A stretch of 64,000 nt of DNA, from NCBI GenBank assembly GCA_965198025.1, contig OZ240237.1, positions 1,689,093 through 1,753,092 of the forward strand, given 5' to 3'. This document shows, in pieces, positions 21,004 to 30,544 of this stretch (positions within the stretch are counted from its first letter, which is position 1; each line of letters begins with the position of its first letter). A program made the position numbers and the translations under genes. The notes beneath the pieces are model-generated. The model searched no databases. It was not told the origin of the DNA and saw only the letters and a list, made by a program, of their open reading frames with translations. The DNA is from Terriglobia bacterium (GTDB taxonomy: Bacteria > Acidobacteriota > Terriglobia > 2-12-FULL-54-10).

Positions 21004-22296
21004 TCATGCCAGCAAATCGTCTTCCCAATTCTCCAGATACTGCTTCACGGCGGCCATAAACTGGTCCGCCACCGCGCCGTCGATGACCCGGTGATCATAG
21101 CTCAACGAAAGATGCGCTATCGACCGGATGGCGATGGCGTCGCTAATGACCACAGGGGTCTTCGCGATGGTGCCTACCCCCAGAATGCCGACTTGCGGCT
21201 GATTGATGATGGGCATGGCAAACAGGCTTCCATAGAGCCCGAAATTCGTGATCGTAAACGTGCCGCCCTGCACTTCGTCCACCGCCAGCTTCTTTCCCCG
21301 GGCGCGGTAAGCTAGATCATTCACCGCGCGTGATAGTCCCAAAAAGCTCTTTTCACCCGCATGGTGAATGACCGGCACGATCAAGCCCCACTCCAGCGCG
21401 ACGGCGATTCCCAAGTGGATGTCTTTCTTGTAAACGATGTTGTCTCCGGAGATGGAACTGTTCAACACAGGAAACCGCCGCAACCCGTCGATCGCCGCCC
21501 GCGCAAAGAAGGGAGTATACGTCAGCCGGGTGTCTTGCTTCTTCTCGAAGCGTTCCTTCTCGCGGCGGTAAATGTCTACGACGCGCGACATATCCACCTG
21601 GAACACGGTCGTCACGTGTGCGGAAGTTCTTCGGCTCAAGACCATATGTTCCGCAATTCTCTTGCGGATAGGGCTCATCGGAACGATTTCTTCTCGTTTT
21701 CCTGCGGCCGATCGGGGAGCTTCCCGCTGGACCGCCTGCTTCGGCGTTGGTGCGAGAGATGCGGTTGTCCGCGGTCGTTCGATGTAGGCCAGCAAGTCTT
21801 CCTTGGTGATCCTTCCTCCCGATCCCGTACCATTTACCTGCGACAAATTCACCCCGTGTTCTTTGGCCAACCGCCGGACCAGAGGGGAGGTTCGAATATG
21901 GGTTTCTTCCTCACCCCGCTCCGTCCCCACGGGCACCCGCGCCTGCGAGCTTGCTCGGGCAGGGGGCGGCGCTTTTTCAACGGGACCAGCGCTCTGCGCC
22001 GGAGCAGGAATCGATGGAGATGCTTGGGCCGGCAGAGATGAGGCAGGCCCGGCAGCAGAGTCCGCTTCAATTTGCGCTACTACGGCTCGCACCGAAACCG
22101 TCTCTCCCTCCTGAACCAGGATGTTGGCAAGAACCCCGGCGACGGGTGACGGAATCTCGGCATCCACCTTCTCCGTGGAGATTTCAAACAACGGCTCGTC
22201 CTTTCCAATCGAGTCGCCGACTTTCTTCAGCCATCGGGTCACAGTCCCTTCGGCAATACTTTCCCCCATCTGAGGCATCAGCACTTCGGTCGGCAT
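21004..22296 (-). CDS. dihydrolipoamide acyltransferase (E2) of a 2-oxoacid dehydrogenase complex
   Basis: Lipoyl domain MPQMGESIAEGTVTRWLKK with lipoyl-Lys context; peripheral subunit-binding domain; catalytic DHRVIDGA motif. Confidence 0.9.
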   Translation of the reverse strand: MPTEVLMPQMGESIAEGTVTRWLKKVGDSIGKDEPLFEISTEKVDAEIPSPVAGVLANILVQEGETVSVRAVVAQIEADSAAGPASSLPAQASPSIPAPAQSAGPVEKAPPPARASSQARVPVGTERGEEETHIRTSPLVRRLAKEHGVNLSQVNGTGSGGRITKEDLLAYIERPRTTASLAPTPKQAVQREAPRSAAGKREEIVPMSPIRKRIAEHMVLSRRTSAHVTTVFQVDMSRVVDIYRREKERFEKKQDTRLTYTPFFARAAIDGLRRFPVLNSSISGDNIVYKKDIHLGIAVALEWGLIVPVIHHAGEKSFLGLSRAVNDLAYRARGKKLAVDEVQGGTFTITNFGLYGSLFAMPIINQPQVGILGVGTIAKTPVVISDAIAIRSIAHLSLSYDHRVIDGAVADQFMAAVKQYLENWEDDLLA

Positions 22297-23063
22297 GGCT
22301 CACTCCTTTTCCGGCTGCCGGTTCGCTCGGCAATCATTTGAAGACCCAGCACATCGCCGAGATGTTGTGCCAGCGACTCCTCTACGCGAAACCGATCCAC
22401 CGGCCGACCCAACAATTCGCTCGCAGAGGTTACCGGCGCATCAGCAATTCCACAGGGAACAATATGCTGGAAAAAACTGAGGTCCGTCTCTAAGTTCAGT
22501 GCAAAGCCGTGCGAGGTAACCCAGCGGCTCAAGTGTACTCCGAGCGCGGCCAGTTTAGCCTTGCCTACCCAGACACCAGGCATACCTGTGCGCCGTTCCG
22601 CCGTGATCCCGAACTCACCCACCGTTCGGATCAAAGCTTCCTCCAGTGTCCGAACGTACCAGACTACGTCTTTGCGGATCAAGCCAAGGTCGAGGATCAG
22701 GTAACCCATCAACTGCCCCGGCCCGTGAAACGTAACGTCACCACCCCTGTCGGTTTCGACCAGTTCGATGCCAAGGCGGCTAAGCATTTCTAGTGGACTC
22801 AGCAGATGCTCTGCACGGGCGTTCCGACCCAGCGTGATCACTGGCGGATGCTCCAGAAACAGCACGGTATCCTGGATTGACCGGCGCTTCCGCTGTTTGA
22901 CGAGCCTTCGTTGCAGATCCCATGCCTGCTGAAAGGGGATTTTGCCCAAGCTGAAGACCGAACAGCTATTGTCTTTCCCCACCGGCCCGGACGCTTTCCT
23001 CCTGCTCGCAGTGACCTGCATCATTAAGCTGTTGGTTCCCTGCACTGAAACGCGTTCAAGCAT
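22278..23063 (-). CDS. lipB: lipoyl(octanoyl) transferase LipB
   Basis: LipB family blocks FLEHPPVITLGRN..., ...RGGDVTFHGPGQL... and ...VPCGI...; overlaps the lpd stop by ~8 nt and the E2 start by ~19 nt. Confidence 0.85.
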   Translation of the reverse strand: MLERVSVQGTNSLMMQVTASRRKASGPVGKDNSCSVFSLGKIPFQQAWDLQRRLVKQRKRRSIQDTVLFLEHPPVITLGRNARAEHLLSPLEMLSRLGIELVETDRGGDVTFHGPGQLMGYLILDLGLIRKDVVWYVRTLEEALIRTVGEFGITAERRTGMPGVWVGKAKLAALGVHLSRWVTSHGFALNLETDLSFFQHIVPCGIADAPVTSASELLGRPVDRFRVEESLAQHLGDVLGLQMIAERTGSRKRSEPCRPKC

Positions 23064-24453
23064 TGATCGTTACTGAATAGACCGAGTTGGCGGCGTCAAA
23101 GACTGCCTCGGCGAGTGTGGGATGCGCATGCACCGTGTACATGATGTCCTCAGCCGTTCCCTCCAGCCGCATCGCGATCACAATTTCCGCAATCAGCTCG
23201 GTGACGGACGGGCCGATCATGTGAGCGCCGAGAATCTCGCCGTATTTTTCTTCACAAACAAGTTTAATGAACCCCCCTTCTGCACTCAATATACTAGCTT
23301 TGCTGCTTGCCTTGAACGGAAACTTCCCGATCTTGACCGCAAAACCGGCCTCGCGTGCCTTGGCTTCTGTCAGTCCCACGGAAGCCACTTGAGGCTCGCA
23401 GTAAACGCAGTCGGGAACTTGACGGTAATTGATAGGTGGAACTGGCTTTCCACAGATTCGTCCCACCGCCACAATCCCTTCCATGGAGGCGGCGTGGGCC
23501 AGTTGGGGCGTGCCTGCCACGATATCTCCGATGGCGTACAGGTTGGGTTCCACCGTTTGCATGTACTTGTCAGTCTTGACAAATCCACGGTCGGTTTCGG
23601 CCTTGGTGTTCTCCAAGCCGACACCCTCCGTGTTCGGCTTGCGGCCCACGGCCACAAGGGTTCGCTGAGCCCTGAATATCTGGGACTTATCGTTCTGGAG
23701 GACCTCAACCTCGACACCAGATCCCTTCTTCTGAACGTGTTGGACCTTGGCCCCTGTCAGGATCTGGATGCCCTGCTTTTTCAAGGACCTTTCAAGTTCC
23801 TTGGAGATTTCCTCGTCCGCCAGCGGCAGGATCCGGGGAAGCATCTCGATCAGGACTACCTCGGAGCCGAAACGGCGGTATACAGAGGCAAACTCCACCC
23901 CCACCGCCCCCGCGCCAATGATCACAATGGACTTGGGGATGCTCTTGATCTCCAGGATCTCCCGGTTGGTGAGAATACGTTCCGGGTCGGCTTCCAGCCC
24001 TGGAATCATGCGCGCTTCGGACCCGGTAGCCAGCAGGATATGTTTGGCGCGGATTTCCCGTTCGCCCTCCGGTCCTTTGACGTGGACCCGCCCATTACCC
24101 TGGAGTCGCCCAAAGCCGCGGATGGTCTCGATTTTGTGCTTGCGAAACAGGAACTCGACGCCCTGGTTATGTTTGCGAACCACTTGCTGTTCGCGGGCCA
24201 CAACCGCGTCCCACTGAACCTTGATGTCCGGGCTCTCGATTCCAAAGGTTTTGCCATGCCGAAAATAATCGTGTAAATCGGCTGCAAACAGCAGTGCTTT
24301 GGTAGGAATACATCCGACGTTCAGACAGGTGCCTCCCAGTCGGCCGTCCTTCTCCACCACGGCCGTCTTGAGGCCCCACTGGGCGGCGCGAATCGCCGCA
24401 ACATAGCCTCCTGGGCCGCTGCCCACAATGACAAGATCGAGTTCGTCAGCCAT
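23056..24453 (-). CDS. lpdA: dihydrolipoyl dehydrogenase (E3)
   Basis: FAD site VIVGSGPGGYVAA; redox disulfide GGTCLNVGCIPTK; NAD site GAGAVGVE; C-terminal HAHPTLAE. Confidence 0.95.
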   Translation of the reverse strand: MADELDLVIVGSGPGGYVAAIRAAQWGLKTAVVEKDGRLGGTCLNVGCIPTKALLFAADLHDYFRHGKTFGIESPDIKVQWDAVVAREQQVVRKHNQGVEFLFRKHKIETIRGFGRLQGNGRVHVKGPEGEREIRAKHILLATGSEARMIPGLEADPERILTNREILEIKSIPKSIVIIGAGAVGVEFASVYRRFGSEVVLIEMLPRILPLADEEISKELERSLKKQGIQILTGAKVQHVQKKGSGVEVEVLQNDKSQIFRAQRTLVAVGRKPNTEGVGLENTKAETDRGFVKTDKYMQTVEPNLYAIGDIVAGTPQLAHAASMEGIVAVGRICGKPVPPINYRQVPDCVYCEPQVASVGLTEAKAREAGFAVKIGKFPFKASSKASILSAEGGFIKLVCEEKYGEILGAHMIGPSVTELIAEIVIAMRLEGTAEDIMYTVHAHPTLAEAVFDAANSVYSVTINA

Positions 24454-24752
24454 AAAAAGGCCTCCCGAAAGAAGAACCTCTTTCAGGAGGTTCGGGGAAG
24501 TCCGGCCGCCGCATGACAGCGCCCGGAATCTAGCGAAGCAGTGATTCTAGCAGCATTCAGGGTCCGCAAACAAACCGGATGAACACGGCTCCTTTAGGCC
24601 GGTACTTATCCGCAAAGCCCTGGGCTTAGGAACTGTCGGGAGCGCTGGAACCTGCAGAAAAATCCCTAGACGCGAAGGTCAGCCCTCCAGCACGGTTCCG
24701 CACGGCTTCCTGACCCAGCCCAGAGCGGTATCGTTGGTGATCCCTCTTCGGG

Positions 24753-25733
24753 TCACTTCACACGTCCCAAGTACCCCTGCGCGAGCATCTGGACCCGAAA
24801 CGTCGCACCACGGCCGACGATGTATAGCATCCTCTTATCCTGACCGGAAAACGCGAGGTTCTGAGGCCGCCGGGAAACCGGAATGGTCCCGAGGTGTTCG
24901 CCCTGCGGGCTGAATACATCCAATCCGGCATTCGAAGTGGTATAGACGCGGCCCTCGTTATCAACGGCCAGGCCGTCGGCTCCGCTGCGGATCTCTCCGC
25001 CTTCCCGCTGGACTCCGGCATACTGGGCGAAGTTGCGGCGGTTTTGGAGCATTCCATCGGGCTGGACATCGAAGGCGATCATATACTCCCCACGCGAGTC
25101 GTTGACGTACAGGGTACGCTCGTCCGGGCTGAGTTGGATGCCGTTGGGCCGTGTGATGCCGGTGGCTACCTGGATTGACTCTCCACCCGCAGGAATGTAA
25201 TACACGGCTGCCGGCAAAGGTGGAGGAGGCGACCCCGGTTCGGCATTCGGTCCGGGATCGGTGAAGTAGACGCCACCCTTCTGATCCACCACGAGATCGT
25301 TGGGCCGGCCATAGGGTTTCCCCTGATAGTTGTTCGAGAGAACTTCTTCTTGACCGGCAGGATAGATAACCGAGACTGCCGTCTCGCCCGGTACCGTCTG
25401 CACCGCAATCAGGCGGCGCTCGGTGTCAAAGGCAAGGCCGTTAGCCCCGTTCGTATTGAAGAGCCATCTGGAACCGTTCCCGTCCTGGTCCACCCGCATG
25501 AGGCGGTTGCGCTGGGTTTCGGTAAAGACAATGCTACCATCCGGCAGGGCAATAGGGCCTTCCGTGCCCCGATACCCGTCATCGAGAAACTGAATCTTTG
25601 CGCCCTCCGCAATCACGCCCGGGATAGCTGTGGCATATGTGTCGTAATCGGGATTTCCTTCTGCTACCTGAGCCGAAGCTGTTACCGAAAACAAAAAGCT
25701 CCCGATCAGAACCAACATCGCTTTCAATTTCAT
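24753..25733 (-). CDS. SMP-30/gluconolactonase/LRE-like six-bladed beta-propeller (predicted lactonase/hydrolase), secreted
   Basis: Signal peptide MKLKAMLVLIGSFLFSVTASA; GGAGG RBS 7 nt upstream of ATG 25733; SMP-30 family blocks (TEGPIALPDGSIVFTE, PNDLVVDQKGGVYFTD, RPNGIQLSPDERTLYVNDS). Confidence 0.8.
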   Translation of the reverse strand: MKLKAMLVLIGSFLFSVTASAQVAEGNPDYDTYATAIPGVIAEGAKIQFLDDGYRGTEGPIALPDGSIVFTETQRNRLMRVDQDGNGSRWLFNTNGANGLAFDTERRLIAVQTVPGETAVSVIYPAGQEEVLSNNYQGKPYGRPNDLVVDQKGGVYFTDPGPNAEPGSPPPPLPAAVYYIPAGGESIQVATGITRPNGIQLSPDERTLYVNDSRGEYMIAFDVQPDGMLQNRRNFAQYAGVQREGGEIRSGADGLAVDNEGRVYTTSNAGLDVFSPQGEHLGTIPVSRRPQNLAFSGQDKRMLYIVGRGATFRVQMLAQGYLGRVK

Positions 25734-25819
25734 GGCCACCTCCTTCGATAGGAAATAGATCAAATCTCGACCAAGAGAATTCCAACAGCACGAAGATCGT
25801 GCCGTGCCCAACTGTGAGA

Positions 25820-26809
25820 TTACTTCACCCGGCCCATGTATCCCTGCGCCAGCATCTGGAGCTTGTAAGTTGCGTTGCGCCCAACCAGATAAAGAGTCCT
25901 CTTATCCGGCCCCGCGAAAGCAAGATTCTGAGGATGCTGCGGAGTATGGATGGTGCCGAGGTGCTGTCCTTGTGAGTCGAAGACATCCACGCCGGCATTT
26001 GAGGTTGTGTACACGCGCCCTTCGCTGTCCACAGCCAGTCCGTCAGCCCCGGCGGCGAAGCCCCCCTCGGGCCTCGTTCCAACGCCCACATACTCGGCAA
26101 AATTGCGGCGGTTGCGTAGCGTCCCGTCCGGCTGTACGTCGTAGGCAACCAGGTATTCCCCGCGTATATCGTTGACGTACAAGGTTTGCTCATCCGGGCT
26201 GAGCTGAATGCCGTTGGGACGGGTAATGTTATCCTGCGCACCATCGGCAACCAGCATGGCTTCCCCGCCCGGAGGAATATAGTAAACCCGCCGGGGACCC
26301 GGATCGGTGAAGTAGACCCCGCCTTTCTTGTCTATGACGAGGTCGTTGGGGCGGTCGAACGGTTCCCCCTGATACTCGCTCGCCAGGACCATCTCGCTCC
26401 CCTCGGGGTAGATGACGGCGATGCCGGTCTTGCCCTCGAGCGTCTGGGTGGCGATCAGGCGTCCCTCTGAGTCAAACCCGATGCCGTTCGATCCGCCGGA
26501 AGGCTCAAGGAAGATAGACGTGGTGTCGTCCAGAGCAATTCTGGTGATGCGGTTGCCGCGAATCTGCGAGAAGATCAGACTGCCATCCGGCAAGGGAGCC
26601 GGCCCTTCCGTTCCCTCAAACCCATCTTCGATGAATTCGATCGGTGTCCCGTCTGCAACGACGCCCGGAATGTCTGGAGCAATGCCATCGGCTGCGGGCG
26701 ACTCTGCGATTTGATCCTGGCTCATTTGTCCCTGGCTGCAAGCCATGAGGGACACAATTAACACGCCTGTCGGGAAGATACTCGCCTTCGATTTCAGATT
26801 TACCCTCAT
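25820..26809 (-). CDS. SMP-30/gluconolactonase/LRE-like beta-propeller lipoprotein, paralog of the preceding gene
   Basis: Lipoprotein signal ...LIVSLMAC; the same family blocks (TEGPAPLPDGSLIFSQ, PNDLVIDKKGGVYFTD, RPNGIQLSPDEQTLYVND) and the same C-terminus as the neighbour. Confidence 0.8.
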   Translation of the reverse strand: MRVNLKSKASIFPTGVLIVSLMACSQGQMSQDQIAESPAADGIAPDIPGVVADGTPIEFIEDGFEGTEGPAPLPDGSLIFSQIRGNRITRIALDDTTSIFLEPSGGSNGIGFDSEGRLIATQTLEGKTGIAVIYPEGSEMVLASEYQGEPFDRPNDLVIDKKGGVYFTDPGPRRVYYIPPGGEAMLVADGAQDNITRPNGIQLSPDEQTLYVNDIRGEYLVAYDVQPDGTLRNRRNFAEYVGVGTRPEGGFAAGADGLAVDSEGRVYTTSNAGVDVFDSQGQHLGTIHTPQHPQNLAFAGPDKRTLYLVGRNATYKLQMLAQGYMGRVK

Positions 26810-27019
26810 ATGTGTTTCCTTTTGCATTTAGAATGAGGGGTGTATTCCGACCCCCCCCTTGAGTTTTCTAATCGCCCGCCGTGAACCCTGGCTGCCTGCC
26901 AGTATACGGGTCTTTTCCTGATTTTGAAATGGGAAGCTGGGGATGGCAACCCGGATTTCTGCAGGGGCAATATGAGGCAACATTCTACCTGCGGGAGGCT
27001 TCGAGGCGTCGGAGCTATA

Positions 27020-28531
27020 ATGGCGACTATGAAACCGGCGTCATCGCAGGAGGATTTGAAAGACCGGATCGAGTATTTTCTGTTGGGGCTTCGGCGACCT
27101 ATTCTGACTGAGCCCGGACGGGCAGTGCTGGATCTTTCTTCCTGCCGTTATTCGCTTTCCACCCAGTACAACAAGCTGCTCTGGCATGTCTGGAACCATC
27201 AGACCAATCTGGTGCGCCAGATCACGGAAATTCGGAAGGAAACGCCGGGGCGCATGGAGCTTCGATTCCAGAAATTCGGTAAAGGGCCTCCGGGGACCCT
27301 GGTTCTTTCCGAGACTCGTGCCGCTCCGGAACAGATGGCCCGTCGGAGCCAGCGTACCCGCTACGCGCAGACGTTGCGGCACATACTCGGGCAACTGTTT
27401 CCCCAATGGAAAGTAGAAGAGTTGAGCGTAGAACCCGACCATAAGCATTCTATCTCCGGGCGCTACGCGCGAGCGCTGCTGCGGCGTGGCCAGCAGACCT
27501 GGGCCGTGGTCGGGTCCGGAGAACACGAGGATGTATCGGCGGCAGACGCCATCCTGACGCACGGGTTGATCTGGCTCGATTGGCTGCGCCGCAGCCAGCA
27601 GAATCGAGTCATTACCGGTCTCAAGGTATTCGTTCCTGCAGGCCGGGCCGATACGACTCTTCACCGCATCGCGTGGCTCGATTTCGAGGCGGCTCAATGG
27701 GAAGTTTATGAGACCGGTGAGGAAACATGCCGCTGCGACCCGGCTGACGCGGGAAACCTAAAGACCAGCCTGGGTCCAGCCGAGCCGGTGCACCGGCCGT
27801 CCGTTTCTTCCATTTCTTCGGAATGGAATCAGAGAATGGGGGCCGTGTGGCTGGACATGCAGAGGCAATCGGCAGGGGATGGATTCGCTCACTGGACGGT
27901 ACACGGGATCCCGGTAGCACGGGAGACTGCGAGTGGCTTGGTGTTTGGCATCGGCCAGTCCGAGACCCCGTTGACGGAAGAAACCTTTGCCGAATTCGAA
28001 CAACTGGTTCATAAGCTCTTTCACTGGCGCCGCTCAGACTCCCCCGATCGCCATCATCCCTTTTATCGACTGTGGCCGGAACGATGGATGCAAAGCCAGA
28101 TCGTCCAGCAAATTGACAAACTCGGTTACGACCTGCTTCCCGGAGCGGTGTATCAGCAGGTGCCAGCCGTATCGGGCGCCGAGCGTGGGGTGCTGGATTT
28201 GCTGGCGATTGACTCCCGAGGCCGCCTCGCCGTGGTGGAACTGAAAGCTTCCGAAAGCATCCACCTTCCGCTCCAAGCGCTCGATTATTGGATGCGTGTG
28301 CACTGGCATCTGGAGCGGGGCGAATTCGAACGCGGGCGATACTTCCCAGAACGGCAACTGAACCCGTCACCGCCGTTGCTGCTGCTGGTGAGTCCCGCGC
28401 TGCAGATTCATCCGGCTTGCGAGACTGTGCTGCGATATTTCTCGCCAAAGATCGAGGTTGTCCAGATCGGGTTAAATGAAGATTGGCGGGGACAATGGCA
28501 GGTTGTCTATCGCTCCCGCAGCAAACTGTGA
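27020..28531 (+). CDS. hypothetical ~500 aa protein with a C-terminal PD-(D/E)xK (NucS/Hjc-like) nuclease motif
   Basis: C-terminal block GVLDLLAIDSRGRLAVVELKASESIHLPLQALDYW has the catalytic pattern D...D...E-x-K followed by a Q..Y element; an upstream segment looks like a degenerate copy; GGAG RBS before ATG 27020. Confidence 0.5.
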   Translation: MATMKPASSQEDLKDRIEYFLLGLRRPILTEPGRAVLDLSSCRYSLSTQYNKLLWHVWNHQTNLVRQITEIRKETPGRMELRFQKFGKGPPGTLVLSETRAAPEQMARRSQRTRYAQTLRHILGQLFPQWKVEELSVEPDHKHSISGRYARALLRRGQQTWAVVGSGEHEDVSAADAILTHGLIWLDWLRRSQQNRVITGLKVFVPAGRADTTLHRIAWLDFEAAQWEVYETGEETCRCDPADAGNLKTSLGPAEPVHRPSVSSISSEWNQRMGAVWLDMQRQSAGDGFAHWTVHGIPVARETASGLVFGIGQSETPLTEETFAEFEQLVHKLFHWRRSDSPDRHHPFYRLWPERWMQSQIVQQIDKLGYDLLPGAVYQQVPAVSGAERGVLDLLAIDSRGRLAVVELKASESIHLPLQALDYWMRVHWHLERGEFERGRYFPERQLNPSPPLLLLVSPALQIHPACETVLRYFSPKIEVVQIGLNEDWRGQWQVVYRSRSKL

Positions 28532-28550
28532 AAAGTCTTACTGGGGGTGC

Positions 28551-29117
28551 TCAGCCCTGCGGCGGGCTCAAGTCCACGGTGACGCGGAAGACCGGGATGA
28601 CGAGGTAGGGGTCAGTGGGGAGGCGGCTTTCGAGCACCACGGCCGTGCTGGGAGCCGTGGCCTCGACGTTCTTCTCGGCCGTAACGAGCAGGCCGAAAAC
28701 GCGAAGCGGGATCCGCAGGTTCCATTTTGCCGCGTCCCCGGACAAGGGGACAGCACCGAGATTCCTGATCCGCTTTTCCTCGTCGATCGCCCAAAGAACA
28801 TACTGCATTCCTGGCCAGCCCATAGCCTGCGCGGAGGGCAGATTCACAATCTCGATCTCCATCGTCGCGCCCTCGTTCTCATACTTGATTTTGCTCAAGC
28901 CTTTGGAAGTCAGCGTACGTTCTCCCCCGCCCAGAGTCACAGAAACGTCCCGGTCGGGCGGATAAGCAATGACGAGGAGCTCCCATTGATTGTTCGGGAG
29001 CAACCCTGCAGCCAGCACGGCTGAAACCGTCAGCAGCAGCCAGAGACACAGTGATGCCGCCTTCCTGGTCATTTGATTGATCGAGCCGCATACGGGTTTG
29101 GACAGATTCAAATTCAC
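28551..29117 (-). CDS. hypothetical secreted protein
   Basis: 188 aa with N-terminal signal/TM LCLWLLLTVSAVLAAG; same strand as and immediately downstream of the 29136-29927 gene. Confidence 0.5.
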   Translation of the reverse strand: MNLNLSKPVCGSINQMTRKAASLCLWLLLTVSAVLAAGLLPNNQWELLVIAYPPDRDVSVTLGGGERTLTSKGLSKIKYENEGATMEIEIVNLPSAQAMGWPGMQYVLWAIDEEKRIRNLGAVPLSGDAAKWNLRIPLRVFGLLVTAEKNVEATAPSTAVVLESRLPTDPYLVIPVFRVTVDLSPPQG

Positions 29118-29135
29118 GGCAGAAACGGGAGGAAC

Positions 29136-29927
29136 CTAGTGGGTCATCGCGTAGATAAAATAATTGATGCCAAATCGGAGCGCTTCGGTCGAGGGTTCCA
29201 GCGGATACATGGGCAAGTCAATCCACTCCCAGAAGTCCCCGATGTCGGTGTTGTGGTTGATAATCATCAAAAGCCGGCCTTCGTCATCATAATAGCCGTA
29301 AAACTTAGGCGGACCTTCGTTCGGGTACGGTGAAGTAACATCCAGCGTCTGCATCTCGTAGAACGTATGATAAATCGGATGATCGATGGTCATCTCAACC
29401 AGGCTTCGGTCGGGAAACACTTTCCGCATCTGGCTGGCGAGCCAGTCGAGCTCCCACTGCCGGTCGAAATCGTCCACCATGGCGAAGCCACCGCGATTGA
29501 AGTACTCGCGGAGGTTGGCAATTTCCTTTTCGTTCATGTCCATCTCGGCCGGTTCGCTGATGTAGACAAACGGATACTTGAATAATTCCTCGCTATCGAG
29601 ATCCACAATTACGTAGGACTGCTTGCTGACATTCATCCCCGTGGCCTCGTCGGCCACCTGCAGAATGTGCTCCTCCGCTGCAGGATAATCATGAGCCCAG
29701 CCCGGCATTCCGCCGAATCCGAAAAACCCTCCTCGATTGCCCCCGCTGAAGCGCACCCGGGCGAAAATGAACTCCGTTCCCTCCGGCGGCTGGCGGTTCG
29801 TCCGGACATCTTGCAGCATTCGCCGCATTTCGTAATTCAACCGCTGTTGCTGCGCAATCCCGCTCACGACGAAAAGGCCGGACAGGATCAGAACGCCCGC
29901 CACAGCTAGAATCAGCCTTTTCGGCAT
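29136..29927 (-). CDS. secreted protein, DUF4159-like
   Basis: Signal peptide MPKRLILAVAGVLILSGLFVVSGIAQ; GGAG RBS upstream of ATG 29927 (the track ORF begins 15 nt further up at a GTG); conserved hypothetical family typical of Acidobacteria/Bacteroidetes. Confidence 0.5.
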   Translation of the reverse strand: MPKRLILAVAGVLILSGLFVVSGIAQQQRLNYEMRRMLQDVRTNRQPPEGTEFIFARVRFSGGNRGGFFGFGGMPGWAHDYPAAEEHILQVADEATGMNVSKQSYVIVDLDSEELFKYPFVYISEPAEMDMNEKEIANLREYFNRGGFAMVDDFDRQWELDWLASQMRKVFPDRSLVEMTIDHPIYHTFYEMQTLDVTSPYPNEGPPKFYGYYDDEGRLLMIINHNTDIGDFWEWIDLPMYPLEPSTEALRFGINYFIYAMTH

Positions 29928-30091
29928 ACCTGAGTTCTCCACCCAGTTCCAGGGTACCTAAGAACACCGTAAGTTAGCTTCCCGGAAGTTGTCAATCCCC
30001 AAAACCGCCAAGAAGCAGGCTTTGGCAGGCAGCAAAAGGTAACGCCCGGGCCCTCCACATGGACCTGCGATTCTTCCAGTGCACCGTCTGG

Positions 30092-30445
30092 TTATGCCAG
30101 TGGGGAGAGGTAGCGAACTTCAAATGTGACGCAGCCTTCCGGCGACTTCCAGGGACCGTGCTTCATGCCAGGCGGGCGGCAGGCGTACATCCCGGCAGTG
30201 AAGTTCCGCCCCAAGGTTATATCGTAGATTGCTCCCTCCAGGATGTACACCTCTTCCCAGAATTCATGCGTCAGGACGCCGTTGGGTGAGGTGTCCGTCC
30301 CGGGACTAAAGCGCAGAATTCGAGTGGCTATGCCGGACTCGGGATCGCCTGCCAGAATGCGCTCGTGCAATCCGGGCACTCCTCCCGGGACCGGAGTCCA
30401 GGCGACGTCGGCCACGGGGAAGAACTCGAATTCAGGCTTACTCAC
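30092..30445 (-). CDS. cupin domain protein
   Basis: 117 aa with a cupin-like double-stranded beta-helix motif region HEFWEEVYILEGAIYD...GMYACRPPGMKHGPW. Confidence 0.65.
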   Translation of the reverse strand: MSKPEFEFFPVADVAWTPVPGGVPGLHERILAGDPESGIATRILRFSPGTDTSPNGVLTHEFWEEVYILEGAIYDITLGRNFTAGMYACRPPGMKHGPWKSPEGCVTFEVRYLSPLA

Positions 30446-30544
30446 ATGACACCTCCTCGGAAAATTCGGACCCTTGGGGACTCTCGGTAATTTCGGTATT
30501 TGCGGTTCTTTCGGTTCCTTCGTTTGCGCAAAATCACCGCAAAA

